Assembly (NCBI GenBank): GCA_963833985.1 | Contig: CAWIAD010000002.1 | Span: 5,632,001 to 5,696,000 of the forward strand | Reading direction: 5' to 3' | From: an uncultured Planctomycetaceae bacterium | GTDB lineage: Bacteria; Planctomycetota; Planctomycetia; Isosphaerales; Isosphaeraceae | DNA: 64,000 bases | Part shown: one piece after another, positions 1 to 8,657 of the stretch | Layout of the letters: the number at the start of each line of letters is the position of its first letter | How positions within the stretch are numbered: position 1 is the stretch's first letter | Translations under genes and position numbers: made by a program | Notes under the pieces: generated by a model | What the model was told of the DNA's origin: nothing | The model's database searches: none | Seen by the model: only the letters and a program-made list of their open reading frames with translations

Positions 1-422
1 TGATTCACTCGAAAGCCTCCGTAGTTTGGAATAGTGAGGATGTGTTCGACCCTCCATTATTCCAAAATCTCCGGGGGTTTTCGAGCTTTTTCTGGAATTT
101 CGACCAAGTTGGTCCACGTATCACGCTTGGTTAAGGGCTAGTTTGCCTGCTCGAACGTTGCACATCCATTAATGCGCCACATTGATCTATCTCAGTGGTC
201 TTTGGATGAGCAAATCCCACGTGCCTTGAAGATGCTGTAATTGGATCACCCAAGCTCACGCGCATCATTTGGTGATCTTGGTAATCCTGCCTAAGTTTAC
301 GTTGAGGTAAAACTCCTAAGTCGAACGAGATGACGTGGCAGCGTATTGCCAGTAGCCAGCAATCATTCATAACTCATCGGGGTTGAGATCCGCAATCGCC
401 ATTCGTGAGATGAAGCGAACAG

Positions 423-437
423 AAAGAAAGGACAGGC
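423..437 (+). repeat. Left-end motif of RAYT element (AAAGAAAGGACAGGC)
   Basis: Exact reverse complement (GCCTGTCCTTTCTTT) occurs at 62976-62990; the GGACAGGC core also occurs at 60263 and 63833 and, inverted, at 60726. Confidence 0.65.
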
Positions 438-446
438 AATGCAATC

Positions 447-475
447 TTGACTCGGTCGGTGGAATCGGGTAGCTT
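447..475 (+). promoter_or_regulatory. Putative sigma70 promoter of the RAYT gene
   Basis: TTGACT-17 nt-TAGCTT, followed by GGAGG (491-495) and ATG at 503. Confidence 0.55.
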
Positions 476-502
476 GTGCGGATCCTGCTGGGAGGTACGC
501 TC

Positions 503-1549
503 ATGACGATTGCCCGTGCACATCTGGTGGATCCGTCCGTCACCCGCTGGTATCACTGCATCAGCCGCTGTGTGCGGCGAGCGTTCTTGCTCGGGGAGGG
601 GCAGCTCGACCGTAAAGAATGGATCGAACGGCGGTTGCGGGAACTTGCGGAGATCTTCTCGGTCGCCGTGGGCGGGTTTGCCATCCTCGATAACCATCTG
701 CACCTGCTGGTGCGGCTCGACCCGGATGTGGCGGCGGGGTGGTCGGATGAGGAGGTCGTGCGGCGCTGGGGGAGACTCTTTCCACCGCGCGACAAGGCCC
801 GGCGGGCACTGCCGGTTTCGGACGCGTGGGTCAAGGAACGGCTGAAAGACGTGAAGTGGGTGGCGATGGCTCGCCAGCGGCTGCAAAGCCTGAGCTGGTT
901 CATGAAGTGCCTGAAGGAACCGCTGTCGCGGATAGCCAACCGCGAGGAGAACACGCGCGGGGCGTTCTTCGAGGGGCGGTTCCAGAGCGTGGCGATCCTC
1001 GATGAGGAATCGTTGCTGGCGACCTGTGCCTTCATCGATCTGAACCCGGTGGCGGCGGGGATCGCCCAGGTTCCGGAGGCCAGCCCGCACACGTCGATCA
1101 AGGAGCGGGTCGAGCACGTTCAGGAACAGGGGCGAGCCGAGGACCTGAAGGCCGCCGAGGCGGGCAGTGTGGCGGGGTCGCAGGCGGCGGAGGGGCTGGA
1201 AGAAGGGCTGTGGCTGTGCCCGATCGAGGACCGCAGGAAGCTGGAGCTGGACTCCTGTCGCGGTCGCGAAGGGATGATCGAGGGGTTCTCGCTGGGGAAC
1301 TACCTGCTGCTGGTGGACTATACGGGCCGGCTGTTTCGCGAAGGGAAGGCGGCGATCTCGGCCGAAGTGGCGGGGATCCTGGAGCGGCTGGGGAGCAATG
1401 CGGAGAACTGGCAGGCGCGGCTGCTGAAGCTGGCGGGTGGGCGGCTGCTGGGGAGGTTCTTCGCGGCGAGCCGCGAACGGCTGCGGGAGATCGCGGGGCG
1501 GCTGGGCCGGCATCACCTGGCGAACCTGGGCGGGTGCGCGGTGCGGTGA
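503..1549 (+). CDS. REP-associated tyrosine transposase (RAYT, Y1/HUH family, long form)
   Basis: YHCISRCVRRAFL, HUH motif DNHLHLL, LSWFMKCL, GAFFEGRFQS, CAFIDLNP (YxxxNP position reads F); downstream palindromic repeats. Confidence 0.9.
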   Translation: MTIARAHLVDPSVTRWYHCISRCVRRAFLLGEGQLDRKEWIERRLRELAEIFSVAVGGFAILDNHLHLLVRLDPDVAAGWSDEEVVRRWGRLFPPRDKARRALPVSDAWVKERLKDVKWVAMARQRLQSLSWFMKCLKEPLSRIANREENTRGAFFEGRFQSVAILDEESLLATCAFIDLNPVAAGIAQVPEASPHTSIKERVEHVQEQGRAEDLKAAEAGSVAGSQAAEGLEEGLWLCPIEDRRKLELDSCRGREGMIEGFSLGNYLLLVDYTGRLFREGKAAISAEVAGILERLGSNAENWQARLLKLAGGRLLGRFFAASRERLREIAGRLGRHHLANLGGCAVR

Positions 1550-1575
1550 CGACGACGCGGTGATACGCGTGCTGC

Positions 1576-1903
1576 GGCGCGATGCGGGTCGGGCTCACGC
1601 CCGAGGCTGGGGGCTACGTCAGTCCGAACCACGGCCTGACGCCCGTGGTCATGTGCCGCGGACGCCGAGTCGGGTGGAGCATCGCCGTGGGGATGAGCGT
1701 GATGTGGCGCGATGCAGGTCGGGCTCACGCCCGAGGCTGGGGGCTGCGCCCGTCCGAACCACGGCCTGACGGCCGTGGTCATGTGCCACAGACGCCATGG
1801 CGCTGTCGCAAGCGGTCATGCGCCACGAACGCCGGGACCGGCAGACGGAGGCAGCGCCCTTGCGTGCATGCCACGAGGTGCAGGTTGGGCTCACCCCTGA
1901 GGC
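1576..1903 (+). repeat. Tandem ~90-bp REP-like double-hairpin units (1576-1666, 1706-1796, partial 1877-1903)
   Basis: Hairpins TCGGGC-TCAC-GCCCGA and ACCACGGCC-TGAC-GGCCGTGGT (second hairpin perfect in unit 2, one mismatch in unit 1); 130-bp period; related copies at 60531-60591 and 62770-62830. Confidence 0.85.
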
Positions 1904-2061
1904 CCCCGCGCCGCCAGCAGCTCGAGCATCCCGCGCGTGCATAGCGCCGCGCCGCCGGAGGGGTCGAAATCTCAGTGGATCGAGGAGAAGACGAGACGCA
2001 TGGAGTGCCCATGTCTGAACGGGTGGCCACAATTGCCGTTGGCTTCTTGGTCTGCCAGAAG

Positions 2062-2107
2062 CCCGCACCCGGCCTCCGGCTACCCGCTCCCGCAAAACGG
2101 GCGAGGG
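2062..2107. repeat. Degenerate REP-like palindrome (CCCTCTCCC...GGGAGAGGG type)
   Basis: cccgcacccggcctccggctacccgctcccgcaaaacgggcgaggg; imperfect hairpin, single copy in window. Confidence 0.35.
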
Positions 2108-2651
2108 TTTGCTTGCCAGGAACGAGCCCACCGCACACGAGTTGGTGCCAACCGGAAGAGAGCACGCCGCGGGCAAGTTCGCAAGGAGTGTGCGATTCCA
2201 TCGTAAGCCATGTATGTGGGGATGGCGCGCATGGTCTCGGTTTGGATGGTCTTTGACAATTCGCCTGCGGTTCTTATTCCCGCGCGTCGCTCACGGACAG
2301 GGCGGCGCGCGGGGAGCCTGCACGGGCTTGGCTGCGGCCATGTACAGCCTCCGCACCTTTCGACAGTCCTCCCGCGACCGTTTGAGCCGTGCGAGCTTGC
2401 GGTGTGCTTCCTTGCGAGCCGTGGCAACCAGAAGTGTCTGCGTCCTCGGTGAAAGCTGCAATTGGAGAAGGAAACGGGCCCGGCCACGGTGTTTGGCTTC
2501 TTGACGGGCCCGATCGTCGGGGATAGCATCAGATTTTAGATCCCATCACTCATTGAGACTCGTTCATTTTACGCCTGGATTCCCTCTGTGATGGCGCCGA
2601 CTTTGTTCGGGCACGCGCATCCATGGAGCTTTGGATCCTGGAGGATCTCCC

Positions 2652-4058
2652 ATGGCCCAGTCCTTCGGCTTGCAAGGTCGCTGGATCAGGATCAGGTCCA
2701 GGTCTGCCTGCCTGGTGCGCCTGGGGTTCTTGACATGGATGGCCGCCAGTCATCTGCCCACGCTTATGGCCGACGAGCCGGCCAAGGCCAAGAATCCTCC
2801 CACGTTCACCAGGGATGTGGCCCCCATCCTCCAGAAGAAGTGCCAGAACTGCCACCGTAGCCACCAGGTTGGTCCCTTCGCCCTGGAGACGTTCGAGCAG
2901 GCGCGAAAGCGTGCCGAGGACATCGCAATGGTAGCCAGCGAGCGGCAGATGCCGCCGTGGAAGCCGAAACCGGGCGTCGGTCCCAGGCTGAAGCACGACC
3001 AGTCGCTCTCTCCGGGTGAAATCCAGGTCCTTGAAGCGTGGGCGGAAGGCGGAGCGCCGCGCGGCGACCCCAAGGACATGCCTGCACCGCTTCGCTTCAG
3101 CACGGACTGGAAGCTCGGCCCGCCCGACCTGGTGCTGGAACCCGCCGAGGATTACACCGTCCCCGGCGATGCGCCGGACACCTACCGCTGCTTCGTCCTG
3201 CCCACCAACCTGGCGCGTGATGCGTACATCTCGTCCATGGACTTTCGTCCCAGAAACATGCGTGTGGTTCATCACATTAACGCATTTCTCGATACATCCG
3301 GCATGGCACGGGCCCGGGACGAGGCCGATAAAGGACCCGGCTACACCTCGTTCTCCGGACCGGGTATTCCGGCCTATGAGGACCTGGGTTTCTGGGCCGC
3401 CGGGCATGAGCCCCATCATCTGCCCGATGGCATTGGCCAGCGCCTGCCCCGCCAGTCTGACGTGATCCTCCAGGTTCACTACCACTCCACGGGCAAGCCC
3501 GAGGTCGACCGCACGCGGATCGGCATCTACTTCTCGCGCAAGCCGGTGAAGCAGGCGCTGCACTGGAGTACCGCCTCGAACTCCGACTTCGTGCTACCCG
3601 CCGGCCAGTCGAACATCGAGGTCAAGGCAAGCTGGAACATCCCCGCCGATGTCGAGGTGCTGGCCGTCTCGCCGCACATGCACTTGCTGGGCCGCGACAT
3701 GCGGATGTCGGTCACCTTGCCCAACGGCCGCACTCAAGATCTGATCCAGATTCCCGACTGGGATCCGTCGTGGCAGAGCACCTATTACTTCCAGAAGAGA
3801 ATACCGTTGCCCGCGGGATCTGTGGTGAAGGTGGTGGCCCACTACAACAACTCGGCCCACCCCAGGAACCCCAATACCCCGCCCAAGACCGTGAGCTTCG
3901 GCCTGGGCGCCAACGACGAGATGTGTGAGGGATTCATCGCCGTGGTCAAACAGAACCAGGACCTGACGCGTCCCGGCGCCATTGACGACTTACCTTACCT
4001 CGTCACGAAGCAGCGGCTCAAGACGCTGCGCCGACAACTCTCCAAGCAATCGCGCTAG
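2652..4058 (+). CDS. Cytochrome c domain fused to a copper type II ascorbate-dependent monooxygenase-like domain
   Basis: PTFTRDVAPILQKKCQNCH (CxxCH), MPPW, VVHH, PHMH and DEMC putative Cu ligands; GGAGGA before ATG 2652. Confidence 0.8.
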   Translation: MAQSFGLQGRWIRIRSRSACLVRLGFLTWMAASHLPTLMADEPAKAKNPPTFTRDVAPILQKKCQNCHRSHQVGPFALETFEQARKRAEDIAMVASERQMPPWKPKPGVGPRLKHDQSLSPGEIQVLEAWAEGGAPRGDPKDMPAPLRFSTDWKLGPPDLVLEPAEDYTVPGDAPDTYRCFVLPTNLARDAYISSMDFRPRNMRVVHHINAFLDTSGMARARDEADKGPGYTSFSGPGIPAYEDLGFWAAGHEPHHLPDGIGQRLPRQSDVILQVHYHSTGKPEVDRTRIGIYFSRKPVKQALHWSTASNSDFVLPAGQSNIEVKASWNIPADVEVLAVSPHMHLLGRDMRMSVTLPNGRTQDLIQIPDWDPSWQSTYYFQKRIPLPAGSVVKVVAHYNNSAHPRNPNTPPKTVSFGLGANDEMCEGFIAVVKQNQDLTRPGAIDDLPYLVTKQRLKTLRRQLSKQSR

Positions 4059-4584
4059 CCTCCTGGGAAACCCTCCGTCGCGCGGGTAGAATGAAGGAAG
4101 AGGACCGAGGAATGATCGGCCCGGTCTGAACCGGTCCGACATGAACCGGTCGGCGTGTCAGGTGATCGGGACTTCTGCGTCCAGACGCAGAGCCCTCCTT
4201 GGCGTTGCCGAGAGCGATTCGAGGAGACCATCCCCCTCGAATCCGATCGAGACCCTTCATCTCCGATCCTCCGGGTCTTGGAAAATCGGCGTGGTCGCGC
4301 GGCTGCGGAGCCCGGCTCGGGAACATCGCGGGGCGCGTTCCGTCGGCTGGCCCCAGTCCGGCCGACGGCTCTGCGTCCGGCCGCTTGCCCGGCAAGACCA
4401 TCCGTTCCGCCGCCCCTCTTCCACGTCCGTGGTGTTGTGCTCTTCTTCACGATCAGGGGCCTTCCATGGCCGACAGCCCGGTTTGGCTCGACTCGGCTCG
4501 ACTCGACTCGGCTCCGGCCAGGGCGAAGGCCCCAAGCCGCTACGGACTTCATCGCCGTCGCGGCCGTCCCCCAAGGGAACGACC

Positions 4585-5160
4585 ATGAACACTCCTCTCC
4601 AGCTCTCGTTCCACAATCTCCCTCACTCCCGGTTCATCGAGAGTGCCGTCCAGGAGGCGGTCGATCGCCTGGTGAGTTCTCACTCGAGGATCACCGGCTG
4701 CCGCGTCGTCGTCGACCAGCCCCACCGCCATCACAGGGACGGCAACCCGATCGAGGTCCGTATTGACCTGAAGATGCCCGGGGTCGAGCTTGTGGCCAAA
4801 CGCGAAAGCGCCCAAGGCGCCGGGATGGGCGATCTTCCACCCGTGATCGTGGAAGCGTTCGAGGAGATCGAACGGCAGATCGAGGAGTCTGTCAGTCGTC
4901 GCCGCGGGTTCGTCAAAACTCACGAAGACCCTCCGCATGCGCGCGTGGCCCGGCTCTTTCCCGAGGCTGGCTACGGCTTCCTCGAGACCAGTGACGGCCG
5001 CGAGCTCTTCTTCCACCGCAACAGCGTTCTGAGCCCTGGTTTCGGCGGCCTCGACGTCGGTTCCGAAGTCAGCTTCGTCGAGGAACTGGGCGAGAAGGGC
5101 CCCCAGGCCAGCACCGTGAAGATTGTTGGAAAGCATCATCATGTTTCAGGAAACGCGTGA
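4585..5160 (+). CDS. HPF/RaiA-family ribosome-associated protein with C-terminal cold-shock domain
   Basis: PLQLSFHNL...RITGCRVVV...PHRHH; C-terminal GYGFLETSDGRELFFHRNSV...GEKGPQAS. Confidence 0.9.
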   Translation: MNTPLQLSFHNLPHSRFIESAVQEAVDRLVSSHSRITGCRVVVDQPHRHHRDGNPIEVRIDLKMPGVELVAKRESAQGAGMGDLPPVIVEAFEEIERQIEESVSRRRGFVKTHEDPPHARVARLFPEAGYGFLETSDGRELFFHRNSVLSPGFGGLDVGSEVSFVEELGEKGPQASTVKIVGKHHHVSGNA

Positions 5161-5202
5161 TTCCCGAGGGACAGGAAGACCACCAGACAGGAGCAACCTC
5201 CC

Positions 5203-5403
5203 ATGGCAGCCATGCCCGTAACCGACGTGCGCCCGCTCTCGATCACCGAGGAAGAGCGTTTCGAGCTGATCCGTCTGCTTGAGCAGGCGCTCCAGGAGAC
5301 CCGCGTCGAGATCCATCGAACCCACACTCCTGGCTACCGCAAGCGCGTCATCGGCGAGGAGTCGCTTGTCCGCAGTCTGTTGACGAAGCTCCAGGAGCAG
5401 TAA
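5203..5403 (+). CDS. Small hypothetical protein (66 aa)
   Basis: AGGAG RBS, typical codon usage, helical LSITEEERFELIRLLEQAL..VEIHRT. Confidence 0.7.
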   Translation: MAAMPVTDVRPLSITEEERFELIRLLEQALQETRVEIHRTHTPGYRKRVIGEESLVRSLLTKLQEQ

Positions 5404-5525
5404 GTGGCGGCGCACAGTGGTCAGCGGTCATGAATTCCAGGGCGGCCGCGTGACAAGCTCCGAGGCCGCTCTGATGGGCCGCTGATCACCTTGGAAATAT
5501 TTCGGTTCCATCAGCGAAGCGCTTC

Positions 5526-5597
5526 TTGACTTCGCAATGGGGAAGGAGGTATCCTGCCTTCAGACAAAACGACTGAACCTCCAGACATAATGACTGA
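5526..5597 (+). promoter_or_regulatory. Promoter with two tandem operator-like boxes upstream of the blaI-like gene
   Basis: TTGACT-18-TATCCT; CAGACAAAACGACTGA (5561-5576) and CAGACATAATGACTGA (5582-5597), each a TCAG(A/T)C-N5-GACTGA-type pseudo-palindrome. Confidence 0.55.
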
Positions 5598-5611
5598 GAT
5601 CGGGGAACCGG

Positions 5612-6166
5612 ATGGGCCGGCCGGCGCGGGACGTCACGGAAGCAGAGCTGGGGGTGTTGCGCATCCTCTGGGACCAGGGGATGACAACCATCCGGCAGTT
5701 GACCGACACGCTTTATCCGGGCGGCGGAGCGGCCCAGTACGCCACGGTCCAGAAGCTGCTGGACCGGATGGAAGCCAAGGGGCTGGTGCGCCGTGACCGC
5801 TCGCTCTTCGTGCATCGCTTCGTGCCGGTGCTCGACCGCGACCAGCTCATCGGCAGGCGCCTCCGGTCGCTGGTGGAGTCGCTTTGCGACGGGTCACTCA
5901 CGCCACTCTTGACCCATCTGGCACGGGCCGGCGATCTGACCGACGGGGATCGCCTGGCGTTGCGGGCCATCATGGACGAGCCCCAGACTGAGGACACGCC
6001 GCGGCCGGTCAGTCCGGAGCCCGGCGAGGGAGGCGCGGCGGATCCGCCCGGGGCCGCGCGCAGAGGACAGCACGATCCAGGCGCACGCCGCGTTCCTGAA
6101 AGACCGGGGCAGGACCACCGTCGGGAGGCCATGGGCAGATGGAGCCTGTTTTCGACATCCTGCTGA
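5612..6166 (+). CDS. BlaI/MecI/CopY family transcriptional repressor
   Basis: DVTEAELGVLRILWDQG..TIRQL..YATVQKLLDRMEAKGLV..LCDGSLTPLLTHL; the low-complexity C-terminal extension is uncertain. Confidence 0.9.
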   Translation: MGRPARDVTEAELGVLRILWDQGMTTIRQLTDTLYPGGGAAQYATVQKLLDRMEAKGLVRRDRSLFVHRFVPVLDRDQLIGRRLRSLVESLCDGSLTPLLTHLARAGDLTDGDRLALRAIMDEPQTEDTPRPVSPEPGEGGAADPPGAARRGQHDPGARRVPERPGQDHRREAMGRWSLFSTSC

Positions 6167-8395
6167 GCAACGCCCTGGCGGCAACCGCGCTGGCCGTGGT
6201 GCCCCTGGCGCTGGGCCGGCTCGGGCGCTGGCCGGCCCTGGTCCATAGCCTGTGGCTGGTAGTCCTGCTCAAGCTCGTGACTCCTCCACTTTTGCGGGTA
6301 CCGGTGCCCGCCGACCTGCTGGACCGAGGTTCCGCACGCTCCGCGGAGGTGGCCCGCGATGAAGCGGTTCCGTGGGCTCCTGCCACACTGCCAGCCTTTG
6401 CACCAGACGTCGTCCGCCAGGCTCCGGCCGAAGTCGATGAGGAGCGGGTCCTCGCCGGCTCGGCCCCGGCTGGGGCACAAGCTGGCGAGCCGCGTTCCGC
6501 CCGGAAGTTGCGGGTTCCTGCGATGGCCTTGGCGGATCTTCCCGGCTGGAAAATCATCGGTCTCGCGCTGGTGGTGGTTGGAGGGTTGATCTTCTGGACG
6601 CTGGCCGCACTCCGCATGATGCGGCTTCAGCGGCTGTTGCGCGACGTTCAGCCGGCATCGGCCGGGTTGCAGTCGATGGTCAGCGGCGTGGCCAGCGCGA
6701 TGCGGTTGCAGCGGGCTCCGACCACATGGATGGTGCCCGGCCGCATTCCGCCCATGCTCTGGACACTGGGCGGCCGGGCCCGCCTGCTGCTTCCAGGGGA
6801 ATTCTGGCCCGAACTCGACGACAGCCAGCAACGCGCGCTCATCGCCCATGAGCTGGCGCACCTGAAGCGAAAAGACCACTGGATCCGCTGGCTCGACCTG
6901 GCGGTCACCGGGCTGTACTGGTGGCATCCGGTGCTCTGGATGGCCAGGCGCGGGTTGCGCGAGGCCGAGGAACAGTGCTGCGACGCATGGGCCGTGCACA
7001 TCATGCCCCGCGGATCGACGGCGTATGCAAGCGCATTGATGGCGACGTTGGATTTCCTCTCCGCCTCCCAGGCGCCTGGCGTGGCCGTACCCGCGGCCGC
7101 GGCCGTGATCGGCGGCAGGGGGCATGTCTCCATTCTGAAACGGAGGATGAGAATGATCGTGCAAGCCAGGACCACGACGACGCTTGGCTGGTCGGCACGG
7201 CTGGCCGTGCTCAGCCTTGCCGCCTTGATCTTGCCGCTGGCCCCCTCCTGGGGCCAGGTTCCCGACGCGATGAGGCCGGAGGCCGAGCGCGGGCCCGATG
7301 CCGCGAGCGGTTCGAGCATCAACCTCGAGCGCGAGATCAAGCTGGCTCTCCAGCAGGAGAAAGCACAGGGAGAGGCAACCGATCGCGGCGATCGTGCCCC
7401 TCAGCGTCTCGAGGAGAACGACCAGGATGACGACCGCGATCTGGACGTGGCCGGGGATCATAAGGATGCAGCCGAGCATCTGGAAAGCCTGTTGAATGAG
7501 CTGGGTGAGCGACTGAGGAAGGACCTCACTCCTCTCGGCGACGAGATCCTGAAAGCCCTGGACAAAGCCGCCAAGGATGTGGCCGAGACGCTCGACAAGG
7601 AAGGATTGACCTCCGAAGACCTCCATCGCGCGTTCGAGAAGGCCAGGGAGGAGTGGCACGGAGCGCTGAAGGACGGCGGCTCGCTGAACCAGCAGGCGCG
7701 CGAGTCCGCGGAGAAGGCCCGCAAGGACCTGAACGACGCCCTGGAGAAGGCACGCGACGAATTTCGCAGGTCCATCCGCGACCGTGCGGATCGGGCGCGC
7801 GAGCAGGCGCCGCAGAGCCTGCGATCGCAACCTTCCAGGTCTGCTGCGCCGCCTGCGGCCGAGGCCGGCCCTGACGCGCCGGGCAATTCACCCGACGCCC
7901 AGCAGGTGCGCAAGGAGATCCGCGAGATGGAGCAGAGGCTGCGCCAGGCGATGCGCCGGCTCCAGGCCATCGAGCGCCGCGACCAGCGGCAGGCGCGGAA
8001 TCCAAGGCGCGACGGAACAGCCGCGCCCGCGCAACCTCCTGCTCCCCCACGTCCCCCGGCCCCGCCGGCCGCCCCGCGCTGTCCCGGAACCTCCACCCAA
8101 GGCAGAGGTGAACGCCCCCGGAGCGGAGCCGCGCCCGAGGGAAGGCCGCGGGGTTCTGCCGCGCAGGCCCGGGATGGCCGTTCCGCCGCCTGGTGCGGTA
8201 GCGAACCCCCGGGTCGAGCGCAGGCTGCGCGAACTGGAAGACAAGATGGACAGGCTCCTGAAGGAGTTGGAGGGCCTCAAGGGCCAGAAAGAGAAGGACA
8301 ACGAGAACAAGGACGCCAGGCCAAGCCAGGGCTCACGGCGAGCCCGACCCGGCCTTGATCGCCGTCTGCCCGCGGGCCCGACCGACATCTCGTGA
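6139..8395 (+). CDS. BlaR1-like M56 family metallopeptidase with long coiled-coil C-terminus (frameshift ~8075)
   Basis: HSLWLVVLLKL, IAHELAHLKRKD (HExxH), WWHPV, EQCCD; C-terminus VERRLRELEDKMDRLLKEL continues in another frame to 8395. Confidence 0.85.
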
Positions 8396-8657
8396 GGTTC
8401 CCAGACCGCTGATCCAGGCTCCACGGCCACGCGAACTGCCCGACCGTGGTCGTGGAGCCAGATCGTCCACGGTGGCCCCTGATCTTCTTTCATGGGATCC
8501 GTTGTGATTCGTCGCCATGGTTCCCGCACTCCAGCCCATCGATTCTCTGCCCGGTAGTGGACGTGGCGGGCGCGCGTTATTCTCCAGGCTGGCCGTTCCT
8601 CGTTGTTCCTGGCAGGCCACTGCCCGGCGATGAGCGGCTCTGCTGGAGCAACCTGCC

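Noticed and set aside
374..1516. 380-aa minus-strand ORF
   Set aside because: Antisense shadow of the RAYT gene; no recognisable motifs
1576..1903. Repeats as a CRISPR array
   Set aside because: Units ~90 bp, only 2-3 copies, internal REP-like hairpins, adjacent to a RAYT, no cas genes
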